Positions 1 through 10,235 of a stretch of DNA of 41,464 nt are shown here, in pieces. Location: NCBI GenBank assembly GCA_001643675.2, contig LSRY02000085.1, positions 1-41,464 of the forward strand, read 5' to 3'. The position numbers and the translations under genes are program-made. Source of the stretch: Monocercomonoides exilis PA203 (taxonomy: Eukaryota; Protista; Preaxostyla). Numbering within the stretch: position 1 is the first letter of the stretch; every line of letters starts with the position of its first letter. The notes beneath the pieces were generated by a model. The model was not told where the DNA came from. It saw nothing but the letters and a program-made list of their open reading frames with translations, and did no database searches.

Positions 1-932
1 AACGAACCACGACTGAAGTTTCTGATGGAAGAACTGCCAAGGAAACAACTCCCGACATATCTTCGCAAACGGAAATGGCACTGCCATTGCGAGACTTCAC
101 TCCATCCACCGCTGCATCATCAATCACCACACTCTCACACTCTCCAACTTCAAACAGATTGGACGACAACTCAACCTGCTTCATGTTCACCTTTGCCAAG
201 GACACCTTGCTGCTGCCAGTCAGCCGGAACACTGGCTGCTCAAATGAAATTTCCGATACAGTGCAATTATCAATGGATAGACGCCCGCTTTCAACGCTCA
301 GGAGAGCCGAGTTGAAGGCAATGGGATGGATGCTGTTTGAAGGCACTTCAGATGCAAAAAGGACTGACGAAAGATAAAGCTGCCCATTTGTCTCGCTGAC
401 GAGTGCTCCTCCTGAAAACGAAAATGAGGAGCCAACAGAGAACGACAAGCTCTCGATCCGGACTTTCTCTGAGGTTGCGATAATGCTGCTGCCATGTGGG
501 ATTGTTGAGTTGAGGAATACCTGTTCCGGCAAAGGAGATTCAAGCGAGCGGATGGTTTCATTCAGTGCATTGCATCTTCTCAAGATGACAGTGCGGTTAA
601 AGATCAGCAGCTGGGAGAACAACGAAGGAATGATGTTCAGCAGCACTTCGCCCAGCGTGCTGCATGGCCCATCCAGCCCTCCGCACTGCTTGCTTTCCTC
701 GTGATTGTCCCCAGCCGAAGACACAAACACCGTCTCGCTCTGGTACTTCACAATTCTCTTCAGCAGATCTTCTTTGTCCAGATGCATGTCCGAGGTGCAT
801 CCCCATATTGCGACTTCATTCACAAATGTGGCTCTGAATCCAGCAAAGGCTGCACATCTGCGATCTGTCCTTTTTCGAGTTGCACTTCACATATACGTCT
901 CTTCCCGGATGTGCTGTTTTGTCCTTGAATAA
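1..932 (-). pseudogene. 5'-truncated, frameshifted fragment of a large beta-helix/pectin-lyase-like repeat protein family; runs off the left edge
   Basis: Manual minus-strand translation is open from ~850 to base 1 (...FRATFVNEVAIWGCTSDMHLDKEDLLKRIVKYQSETVFVSSAGDNHEESKQCGGLDGPCSTL...LYLSSVLFASE...LLSVESGRLSIDNCTVSEISF...). It is missing from the ORF track because it has no stop in the window. The upstream piece LFKDKTAHPGRDVYVKCNS is in another frame. Composition switches abruptly to AT-rich at ~932. The family assignment is from recall of expanded oxymonad families, not a search. Confidence 0.6.
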
Positions 933-1181
933 GATTTTCGAAAATTCAAATATAAGTTGCAAAAATAATAGTTGAAACGCATTTCACATCCATCCCCTGC
1001 CTTTTCATGTTGAAAAACATTAATTTTTTGAGATTTCGCTAACTGAGCAACAAATCAAAGTGTCTCCTAATTCAATGAGCATTAAATATTTTCAATTTTT
1101 ATTTTATCAAAACTCAAAAAGTCAATGAAACTTTTTCAATATATTTAACAAAATAATATGAAAATTTCATTTATTAAAAAA

Positions 1182-1201
1182 CAAATATGTCGACATATTT
1201 G
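1182..1201. repeat. Perfect 20-bp palindrome CAAATATGTCGACATATTTG
   Basis: Read directly; it equals its own reverse complement. Confidence 0.95.
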
Positions 1202-1224
1202 AATCAAAAATAATCAAAATATAA

Positions 1225-1481
1225 ATTCCTTAAGTAATTCAAAACAGGAAAGAAGAATGTGAAGGGTCTGTCCTGGGAGGCTGATTCTGGACCCAAATCC
1301 TGCAAGAAACTGTGCTGGACCGGTCACAGCACAGTTTCAGGACGGAATCAGCCTAGCCCCAATTTTTCCATTCAAATGGAAAAAATGTGAGGTACTTCGT
1401 AGAATTTGTTCATAACAAAAGCACAAAGCTTGAGCAACAGACCACAAAAAACTCTTTTCTATTTTGAATTACTTAAGGAAT
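1225..1481. mobile_element. 257-bp foldback/MITE-like segment with terminal inverted repeats and internal hairpins
   Basis: ATTCCTTAAGTAATTCAAAA (1225-1244) is the exact reverse complement of 1462-1481, extendable to ~29 bp with 2 mismatches. Internal stems: 1278-1287/1345-1354, 1306-1317/1327-1338 (around GACCGGTC) and 1363-1372/1375-1384. No convincing TSD outside the repeats. Confidence 0.55.
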
Positions 1482-1793
1482 AGAAACATCAAAACAGTAA
1501 TTCAAGGTTTATCAAAGAAATGATTAATATCAAATAATCTTCTATCTTTCAATAATTTCTCTGTGTAATTTCCTATTCTCTCTTCTGCTGAATTGGTTGA
1601 ACTCTTTTGAAATATTTTTTTAACTCTCTCGTCTCACTCTTTTCTCCTTGAAATCCACCATGAAGGATCCTTCACAGTTATCTGGTGAAGCAACTGATCG
1701 ATATATTTGACTTCCTCTTTTCTCGTAGAACAGAAATGTCTTTATCGAACAGATTTCCAATTTTTCCACAAGATTTTATTAGTTGGTATATAT

Positions 1794-1875
1794 CTATAAA
1801 AAATATGCAATAAGAGTTTTGAAATAAATTATCATCATAAACAAGAAATAATATTAACCACAAGAAATAACAAAC
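1794..1875 (-). other. Probable 82-nt spliceosomal intron
   Basis: Minus strand reads GTTTGTTATTTC...TTTTTTATAG, very AT-rich, with coding-like sequence on both sides. Confidence 0.55.
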
Positions 1876-2719
1876 TTGAGAAAATGACGAACGATTTTGT
1901 GAGAATTGTTTGACATTGATTTTTCCTGAATAACACCATCAAGAGGGTGTTCTTCAAAAACTTGATGAGATCATCGATGTTTTGGATTACAGTTTCACTA
2001 TCCAGATGAATGTTCATAGTGTTTGTTAAACATCCAAATTCTCCGTCACATTCACATTTTCCGTGTTTTTCACAGAAAAATGATAATGTCGAAGATTTTC
2101 CGTGAACCACTGCAGAATTATCATACAGAAGAAAATGCATAACTTGTGAATTCCTAAAGTGTGGTCCTGTGTCACACACAAAATGCAAGTTTTTCTTTTG
2201 CGATAGCATGGGTTTATTAAGTACTTGGCTCAAGCATTCAATAACGAAACGATAGTCATGTGAGAGAATGCTTGAAAAGAAGTTGAAAATATGTTTCATC
2301 TTGTTTTTGTTTTTGTCCACTGTATAGACAATAATGCAGAGATGAGACACCTCAAACTTGTCGTAGTAGTCCTTGCTGATCTGGTTTCTCCTGAGAGGAA
2401 GGGACCAATTTTCTTTGAAATCGAAAAGCACGAGCGCATCATCTATTGATAGATTTTCCTTCATAAGACGATAATACCGTTGCTTGTTCGTTGCAAGTTT
2501 TCTGTGATCCTCTATTCCCTTCAATATATTTTTGTCTTTATCTGAAAGCTGTTCGGATTTCGTTCTCAAGAATTCTTCTCTCTTTTTCATGTGATTGTAT
2601 TTTTCGCAAAGATTGCACAAGTCTGTCCTCCGAGCCGCTCGCTTCAAGTGGGAAGTTCTTTTGTAAAATGTGCTTCGAGACATTTTTATGTTTGTTGTTT
2701 CTTTCATTTTTTGATACAA
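1835..2719 (-). mobile_element. DDD transposase domain, Sola-type (Sola2-like motifs)
   Basis: Motifs in the expected order: SRSTFYK, LCNLCE, LFDFKENW (D1), SHD, HFVCDTGPHFRN (D2), FFCEKHGKCECDGEFG (HGKxxxDG, D3). These match the DFxEN / SD...KN / HGKxxCDGxG pattern I recall for Sola transposases. Confidence 0.75.
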
Positions 2720-3724
2720 CTGTAATTAAGAAGTGTTAATGATTCGAATTGGATTCGTTTTTGTTGCTTTTTGATGTTTTGAAGTGTTGTTGTTTAGGGA
2801 TTCGAATCTGTGAAGAATGTCGTTAGAAGACATTGATATTGAATTCATCATTGTTGAGGAAGGATTTGTTGAAACAGTTGATTGTGGCGGAAAAGAGTGT
2901 GAATTGTCATTTTGTTCGTTTATCGAATTCGAAGATGAAATTTTTGATGAGTTTATTATCGTTTGAGTATTCTGATCGAAAAGGTTGGATGAGAAAGATG
3001 AAGTGTTTTCTGTTAAAATTTGTTGATTGTTTGCACATGTTGTTCCAGGTTGGGGAGAGCTCGAAACTTCATAAATGATATGAGATATCGATTTGTCTTT
3101 CTGAATATCTTCCACATTTTTTCCTTTAATTTTATTCGAGGAAAAAACATATGGTTGATGTGGATGAAGTGATGACAAGTTCAAATTGATATCTCTGTTA
3201 TTTGAATGAAATGAATTTGATGTGTTGATAAAAGAATTTGATGAGGATGGAAAGTCAAATTGATTGAATGAAGTGCTTGGAGAAGAAATGATGTGAATGT
3301 TGTTCAAGTTTTCTTCGCAACATAATTGATTGTGAATTGGAAAATGAAGTGAAGACGAATTACGAGATGCTGAATAAGACGAATTATTTGTTATCTGGCA
3401 ATTTTCATTTTCTTTTTGCATTGAAGAGCAATTCTTGGCACATTGATTTTGATTTGATTCAGAATCAGTGAAGTGAGAAAAAGAAGAAGAGTGACAAGAA
3501 GCATGTCCTAATGATATTATTTCTCCATGGTTTTCATTGATATTTGTGTTTGATAATGGTTCTTTTGCTGCATTATCAACATGTTGACATGTAACCGATG
3601 AAGTCCCTATATGATAAGGTTCATTGCATATGTTCAAAACTTGATGTGGATTCTTCTTTTGAAAAGATGGAATCAATGGTGGAGATAGAATTTCAGTAAT
3701 GTGAGTATTTTCTTTTATTTTCAC

Positions 3725-4630
3725 TTTAACGTATATTCACATCACCGGCTGAGTGTCTCTTTTCATATGACTTTTGATTTTATCTTCCACATTCTTGTTG
3801 ATGATAGAAACCATTTCATCATTGCACAAGCACCAACTGTTGTTTTGAAATGTCGATGACTTTTCGTTGTTTCCTGAATGGCAGATGGAATAAAAATGTC
3901 CATTTTCTTTTTCTCCTTTATGAAATAACACTGCAATCAAATTGTAATTAATTGCATTTGAGTCATAATTTGAGGATGCAACTGTTTTTCCATTGATATT
4001 TTGAAATGATAAAACTGAGAAAACATTCATCGGACAAGCATTTGATTCAGATTGTGTTTCAAATGAAATTGATAAAATATGAGGAAATTGACTGATTGAT
4101 AAAGTTGTCAATTGATGAGTGTTTCTTGAACAGCACTCGCAGAATGCATCTCTATTATTAATATTATCCTCACTTATTTCAAACGATTCGTTGAAAGACT
4201 TCAATAAATCATTTCCGTTCAGCCTCAGTATTGGAGTTGTTTCAACGACACCTTCATTCCGATGAAAACATTCGATGCAAACACGAGGAAAACAAATTTT
4301 CTGTTCCATTTGACTTCGAAATGAAGGATAAATTGATGATATATCGTCATAAAGACTCAGAAATGTTTCATAGAACTCGTGTTGAATACCAGTTCGAAGG
4401 TGATGAAAATTTTCCCATTTTTCAACGAAATTCGAAGTCCATTTGGATGCATGATTAGATTGTTTATTGTTTGGTTTTATGTGCTGAGGATTCACCAAGA
4501 AAGATAAACTATTTTGAATAATTGATAAACGACCTTTCCTCATTCTGCATTTATCGGAATGGAAAAAAATTGTGCGAAACAGTTGAATCGTAGCAGCCAA
4601 GAAACAAGTGTTTCCTTTATTGGGTAAAGG
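3725..4630 (-). other. Ubiquitin-specific protease (USP/UCH, C19) catalytic domain within the fused gene
   Basis: Cys box LPNKGNTCFLAATIQLF; QHEFYETFL (QQD-box-like); two CxxC pairs (CIEC, CECC); His box YNLIAVLFHKGEKENGHFYS; WCLCNDEMV; terminal PVM*IYVK resembling the YxLxY motif. Confidence 0.9.
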
Positions 4631-5193
4631 AAAAAATTGAGGGAGAGCATTATCGCAGTTCTTTTTGTTCATTGTTTGTTTTAAAGAAGAAGATTGATTC
4701 AATTCTCTTTCATAAATATATGAATCTTTTTGTGAACCTTCTGCATTTTCTTCTGAATCGTCTTCGATGGCAACGGAGTGAGATCCATCGATGGACTCCG
4801 TTGGATTGGCTCGTTGATTAGTGAAAATCATAACGCTTTCATCTTCCTGGTTTTGATTGGAAAATCCCGATGTGGAGATTAACTCTGGTTCATCTGTATC
4901 CATCGCAGAGTTATAAGAAGAAACTTCATGAGTTTCGGTTGTAATATCCATGCCATTGTCATTTTGAAAATCGGTCGAAGAATTATTTGGGATACAGTCA
5001 TCCAGAAAATAATTCTCAAGTGGGTCAACATCTATATCCATCCCTTCTTCACCATTTAAGATGGAGAAATTATCATCAATAATTGTTGTTGAATCTATTA
5101 TTTTATTTGAGAAAAAAAAGACAAATATAATTTAAAAATAATATAATATCAATATATATGAACAAAACAGAAATAGAATTAAACCTTTACGAA

Positions 5194-5222
5194 GGTTAGG
5201 GTTAGGGTTAGGGTTAGGGTTT
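5194..5222 (+). repeat. Interstitial telomeric tract GG(TTAGGG)4TTT
   Basis: Four perfect TTAGGG units at 5196-5219. Confidence 0.95.
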
Positions 5223-6197
5223 ACTCAATTCGTAACCCGATGGTCCCGGCGATTTTATAGGACATTTTATAGGAAATTAGAAAACTCGATTTTCACTTTT
5301 TTTTGAGATGGACCTTCATGTCACAATATGATGTTGTACTACTTGCAGTGTTACCATATTAGTGTATCCCAACTGGATTTGAAAAGTCCTTCATTTTCGG
5401 AAAATTTCTGTTGAACCCAAATATTTCACTTTTTTCATTGTTTTTTATCTGTATCTACAAGAAAGTGAGTGACATTGTTCCAATTGTGTATAAATAGTAC
5501 ATCAGCCATCAACATACACTTTGATACAAGATGGAATGGGATCTGTTCATATCTTGATTTTATAAGAATTTTTTATAAATTTTTTTGAGGTCAATTTTTT
5601 TAATCAAAAAATTTTTTCTCGATGAGGAAAAATGTGAGGCACCTGAGACTTTACCAGCGTGTACAACATGTGATTTGTGAATTTTTGAGATGGGGGTGTT
5701 TTTGAGAAAAATGAAAATTTTGACATTTTTTCATAAGTCAAGTCATATGTCAGGTTAATGATAAAAAGTTGAAAATATCAATTTTTGTGAAAATATTTAT
5801 TGGAAGCTGATAATTCACTAAAAGTTCGGATAATTCGCGAATAGTCCGCTGAATTTTTCTCGGGCCAGATTGGTCTGGTTAGTGAGAAAATGTCATATGA
5901 AGATTTTGACTGAAAAAGTGGTGATCTTAGATCAACGACCGAAAAATATGGGGTCTCAGATTCCTTTGATAATTGGCAGGTGGCAAGGACGTGGGCCCCT
6001 TATAAACATACTCGAATCTAAATTTTTCTACCGAGCGGTTGTGGCAGGGCAGTGCGGACAAGTTGGTCATTTTGACTGAAAAATCGAAAAATTTTTTTCT
6101 CGAAAATTTCAAAGTCAATATAAAATATGATTAAACACATGAATATGCATTGTAATGTTGTATATTGGTGATTTTTGGTTGGATACGCTTATCTGTA

Positions 6198-6216
6198 GTT
6201 AGGTTAGGGTTATAGG
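6198..6216 (+). repeat. Degenerate telomere-like tract GTTAGGTTAGGGTTATAGG
   Basis: Read directly; same orientation as the 5196 tract. Confidence 0.55.
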
Positions 6217-6896
6217 TGTGGTTAGATGAGTATTTGCCACAAGAAAATACCGTTTTTTAATAGCTGTACAATTTTTAATAATTCTTGTTAATTAATATTT
6301 TCATTTGAATTTTCAAAAAAAACTTCATTTTTTTTCCTTTGAACAATTCATGATCCCAAATATAATTAATTTTCCAAATATGCTCAAAAATGACAAAGTC
6401 TTTTTGTGTTTCGTAACTGCAGAATGGAATCCAACAATCCTTTTCGTCATTTGTTTGAATCCAAAAATAATGATCACTTATGTTTGAAATTGTTTTATTT
6501 CTTTTTCATTTTGATTTTGTAACAATAAAACGGTATTGATATAATCTCAATCATTTGAAGGCAAACGAGAAATTAACCTCGGCAAATATCTTCATTTCAA
6601 TACGTTTTAACATTTATCAACACTTTTTATTTTCGTTTCACTGATAATCACTTTCATGAAAAGCAATTTTGTTTATTTGATTTTTCTGATAAACAATGCA
6701 TATAAACACAAAAACTGAGAATCTCTTTTGAATATCTATGAATCAATTAGTTTTCTTAACTGAAGAACAAAAGCTAATAGTTTTGAAGAAACAATTGGAA
6801 TAATATGTGATTCGATCTGCAAATAACACGAAGACTTGTTTCATTTTGATAGAAACGAAATTGAATGCAAAGCTTTATCAGACATAGAAGAAAATT

Positions 6897-7036
6897 GTTT
6901 GTGTATCTATGTTATATGCATCAAATAAACAATATAACTTTTCTGATTATGATAGCACAACAGGGAAAAAATTCAACAGTTTGTTATCATTAACATATGA
7001 TCTGCATTTTTTATTATTCGTTTTATATATTTTAAG
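6897..7036 (+). other. Two probable short introns (6897-6955, 6979-7036) flanking a 23-nt micro-exon
   Basis: Both start GTTTGT and end in AG after AT-rich tracts. The frame downstream of 7036 is open into ORF 7228..8193 (LLCQRKQGALERNKETDELDGAILSPSQPGFFTPPPSTPLSPP...). Splicing both introns does not keep one frame without a 1-nt correction. Confidence 0.45.
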
Positions 7037-8193
7037 AGCTTCTCTGTCAAAGGAAACAAGGCGCGCTTGAAAGAAACAAAGAAACTGATGAACTCGATGG
7101 AGCAATATTATCTCCCTCTCAGCCTGGATTCTTCACACCTCCTCCTTCGACCCCGCTTTCTCCTCCACTTTCTCCTCCATTTTCTCCTCCATTTTCTCCT
7201 TCTCGCACAACATCAATCAACATTCCTATGAGCCCTTTGAGAGAGTCGGCAACCCAGCAGATCTACAAAGAAGTCATATCAGCTCCAATGCTTTACAGGC
7301 CGTGCGACCTCTTTTCGAAGTTTCGAGTGGCAAAGGAAAAAGAAAAAGAAGCTGAGGAAGAGGAAGAAGTGAAAGAATCTTCAATAACAAGATGGCTTTT
7401 GGAATTGACGAATGGAGAAGAAATTCCAAAGCTGGATTTTTATTCTTCAACACTGAAGGAATTACCGGTTCAACAATCATTGGATCATTTGACTTCTTAT
7501 GCGCACAAATCTCCATATCCTAGACCGCTTCATGTTTCAAAAAAAGAAAACCTTACTGAGAATTGTTTAAGTTACTTGGAATCAACTAATATTGAGGAGG
7601 AGCAAATTGAGGAAATCACAACAAACAAAAGAACAAAGTCAAGAAAGCCAAAGATTGGATTAAGATCAAAAACAAAATGGAGGAGAAAATCAACAGCAAC
7701 AAGTTCTGTTATTTCGGATTGTGAATCAGTCAATTGGCAGGGGTTGAAAAGTGCAAGTGTCTCTGCAAGTTCAGCAAGTTCTTCAAGTTCATCTTCTGAA
7801 GAAAGGATTTTTCTAATGACTTCGATGACTGCACACAATCTTCACATAATTGCATTGATAACTGTGAAAAATAATGACAAAGAAACATCTCAAAAAAATT
7901 GCTGTTTGGAATCATTTGACAGTTCTGTGACTATGAGGAAAGCAAAATCAATTTGCTTGGAAAAGCTTTCAAGGCTTGATGAATGGAATGCAGATGAAAC
8001 TGATAGCTTTTCTTTCGAAGAAGAAAATGAACAAACAAACGATGACATTCATCATAGTGACATCGATTCAGAAACCGAAACAACATGTTCTTTCAGTTGC
8101 AAAGATCTGGAGAAGGAGCAAAATGATTCAAAAGCAACAGAACGCCAAAAGGAAGAATTGAATGTTTCAAATGTTCAGAAAAAAGGAAGGTGA
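7037..8193 (+). CDS. Low-complexity Pro/Ser/Glu-rich region, probably the N-terminal part of the recombinase gene
   Basis: The 321-aa ORF extends upstream to the 7036 acceptor. The 8193-8395 gap remains coding-like, with frame changes at A-runs and one TAA, and KESIKDIDTFDENFRIVKSLNDLYGK is in frame with the ORF at 8395. No domain recognised. Confidence 0.5.
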
Positions 8194-8394
8194 AGGCAAA
8201 GATGGTGAACGTGTCTTCCAATCAATGCAGGATATTGAAGTTACGTAAAAATGTGTATTGGATGATGAAGAGCATCATGTTATTGTGGAACAAAAATTAA
8301 AGCAGTTGGAGCAAAAAAAGAATCAATCAAGGATATTGACACATTTGATGAAAACTTTCGGATAGTCAAAAGCTTAAACGATTTATATGGCAAA

Positions 8395-10235
8395 ATGAAC
8401 ACAAAAGATTTATCTCCTCTTCCACAAGCTTCTTCTTATTCAAATTCTGCTCTTTCATCTCCCAGATACGTATATGACTCTCCAACGTTGTTCTCTGATG
8501 TGCTGAGAACATTTTCAAAAGAAGAATTGACTCCATACACAGAAGAAGGTCTGCCATTTAAGGAAGAAACAATTAAATCTCATTTGTGGGCTTTTCGTAT
8601 GTATATAGATTATTGCAAATCCTTCCATAAGCAAGCTTGGCCATTGCAGCCAGATGCAATGTACGGTTTTATAAAATTACTTGGAATTGCCGTGGGATAT
8701 TCATTTGAAACAGTTTGTGGAAGTATTAAGTATGCCTTGTATGCTATTTCTGAAACACGAACTGGTGAACCTGTTAGCAGTAAAGTCAAACTGAAGGTCT
8801 CAAGAGCAGAGAACGAGATACTGATTTACAAGGAGAAAAGAAGAAAGAAAGGACTTCCCACATCTCTTCATGAAAATGATGTTACAAAATGGCAGAAGCA
8901 TCCTTTAATTGTTTCGGATTTGCAGTGGATATTAGACTGCTATCCAGATTGGGTCATAGAGAAACCACGCGAAGCCTCTCTGTTTTTATTCGCTATGTCT
9001 ACTGGCGCTCGAGCACAGACTTGCAGTCAAATCAAACTGAAGGATATAATCAGAGTTGTTTCAATGCCTAACACAACTTTCGTAAAGGTTACGTTCAATT
9101 TGGAATGCACCAAGACCGCAAGCGGAGACGACCATTGCGTGACGATTGAAGGGAATATTGCGGAAAAAACAACATGAATGTAATCTGGTGGTTGGAGCAA
9201 TTCTTAACAGAAGAGTACGGCTTATCATTGACTCGATTCAATAAATGGGATCTGAAGGAATTGGAATATCAAAAACTGTGGAATCTCAGAAAAGGAGCAA
9301 TGAGGGTACGATTGCAAAAGAGAGCATCAATGGCGGGATATCCAGAAAGGTTATTCGGATTTCATTCCTTCAGGTCCGGTTTTATGTGTTCTGCGCTGAT
9401 GAAAGGAGGGAAAGATACAAAACAAAGAGAATCAGTGATTGAAGCAACAGCATTAGTGGGCAATTGGATGACAGGTTCACCATCACAATGGGATTACATC
9501 AAGGAAGTGGAAAAGTCAACTATCGTGTCCAATAGATTAGTTCTTCCAAAGGAATTGTTAGAATCAGATGAGTATTTCGATGAATCACTCACGCATCCCA
9601 AAGTTTACCACAATATTGAAATGAAAGAACCATCTTGGACAGAAAGCTCCATCATTTCTTCGTTCGATTTTTATGTGCTTGAGATAATAAAGGCAGCCTG
9701 CAGTGAACAGCACTACCCTTACAGTTGTGTAACAAGATTAAACAGAATGGCAGCGAGAGCGTTTCTTCATGAACGAAATGTTCAATATTCTTCGAAAGAG
9801 TCGGTAATGAAACTTTCAAGAGAAGAGATCTTAAAGACTTTGTTGATTGATAAAAATGTGACTTCAGCTGTCAAAATTTATATTGAAGGAATAAAAGATT
9901 ATCTGAACGGTGATAAAAGGCTTATCTTTAAAAAGCCGAAAAGGAAAGTGCTTTTGAGGGAGAATCGTCCGGTCAATGCCGTAATGGGAACCAAAAGCAG
10001 ACGCAGATGGACTGTTCAAGAAGACAAAATACTGATGAAAATGTTCCTGCAACATAAACCGTTCCAGGAAATAAGCAAGAAACTGACAGACAGAACGTGG
10101 AATTCTTGCAGAGATAGAATCATCAATATAACGAAGAATCAAGCGAATTACAATTTCACAAAAAAGATGTCAAAATATGAAGAATATGTCATTGAAAACA
10201 AGTTGAAGGAAAAAGAAAAAAAAGCAAACTGTTAG
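8395..10235 (+). CDS. Tyrosine recombinase with C-terminal Myb/SANT domain, split by a 1-nt frameshift in an A6 run at ~9164-9169
   Basis: Helical core-binding-like region (TIKSHLWAFRMYIDYCK); box I ASLFLFAMSTGARAQTCSQIKLKDI (Arg); TKT (Lys); FGFHSFRSGF (HxxR); VGNW; WDYIKE (Tyr); then RRRWTVQEDKILMKMFLQHKPFQEISKKLTDRTWNSCRDRIINI (Myb). Adding one A to GAAAAAAC joins the two ORFs (EKNNMNVIWWL). Confidence 0.88.

Larger units (their letters stand above)
1620..5094 (-). pseudogene. Degenerate fused gene: USP (peptidase C19) domain - Ser/Asn-rich linker - Sola-like DDD transposase
   Basis: ORFs 3737..5041, 2726..3724 and 1835..2719 share one frame and are separated by single stops (PVM*IYVK at TGA 3737-3739; IINTS*LQLYQKM at TAA 2726-2728). 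The frame stays open upstream to a probable AG acceptor at 5095. The C-terminus shows frameshifts and a probable intron at 1794-1875; the 3' boundary is approximate. Confidence 0.75.

Noticed and set aside
25-932. Plus-strand short ORFs at the left edge
   Set aside because: They are antisense shadows of the minus-strand coding fragment.
1150-1164. AAAATAATATGAAAA shared with the array linker
   Set aside because: Low-complexity AT-rich match, plausible by chance.
1278-1356. Helitron 3' end (hairpin plus CTAG)
   Set aside because: CTAG overlaps the base of the stem and is followed by C rather than T, and there is no Rep/helicase gene.
2726-3739. Alternative genetic code (TAA=Gln) or programmed readthrough explaining the in-frame stops
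   Set aside because: The long ORFs use CAA/CAG for Gln and lack internal TAA/TAG, the two stops are of different types, and frameshifts also occur. Decay or sequence error is simpler.
9160-9180. Programmed frameshift or two-gene split of the recombinase
   Set aside because: A single missing A in a homopolymer explains it, and similar slips occur at other A-runs nearby.
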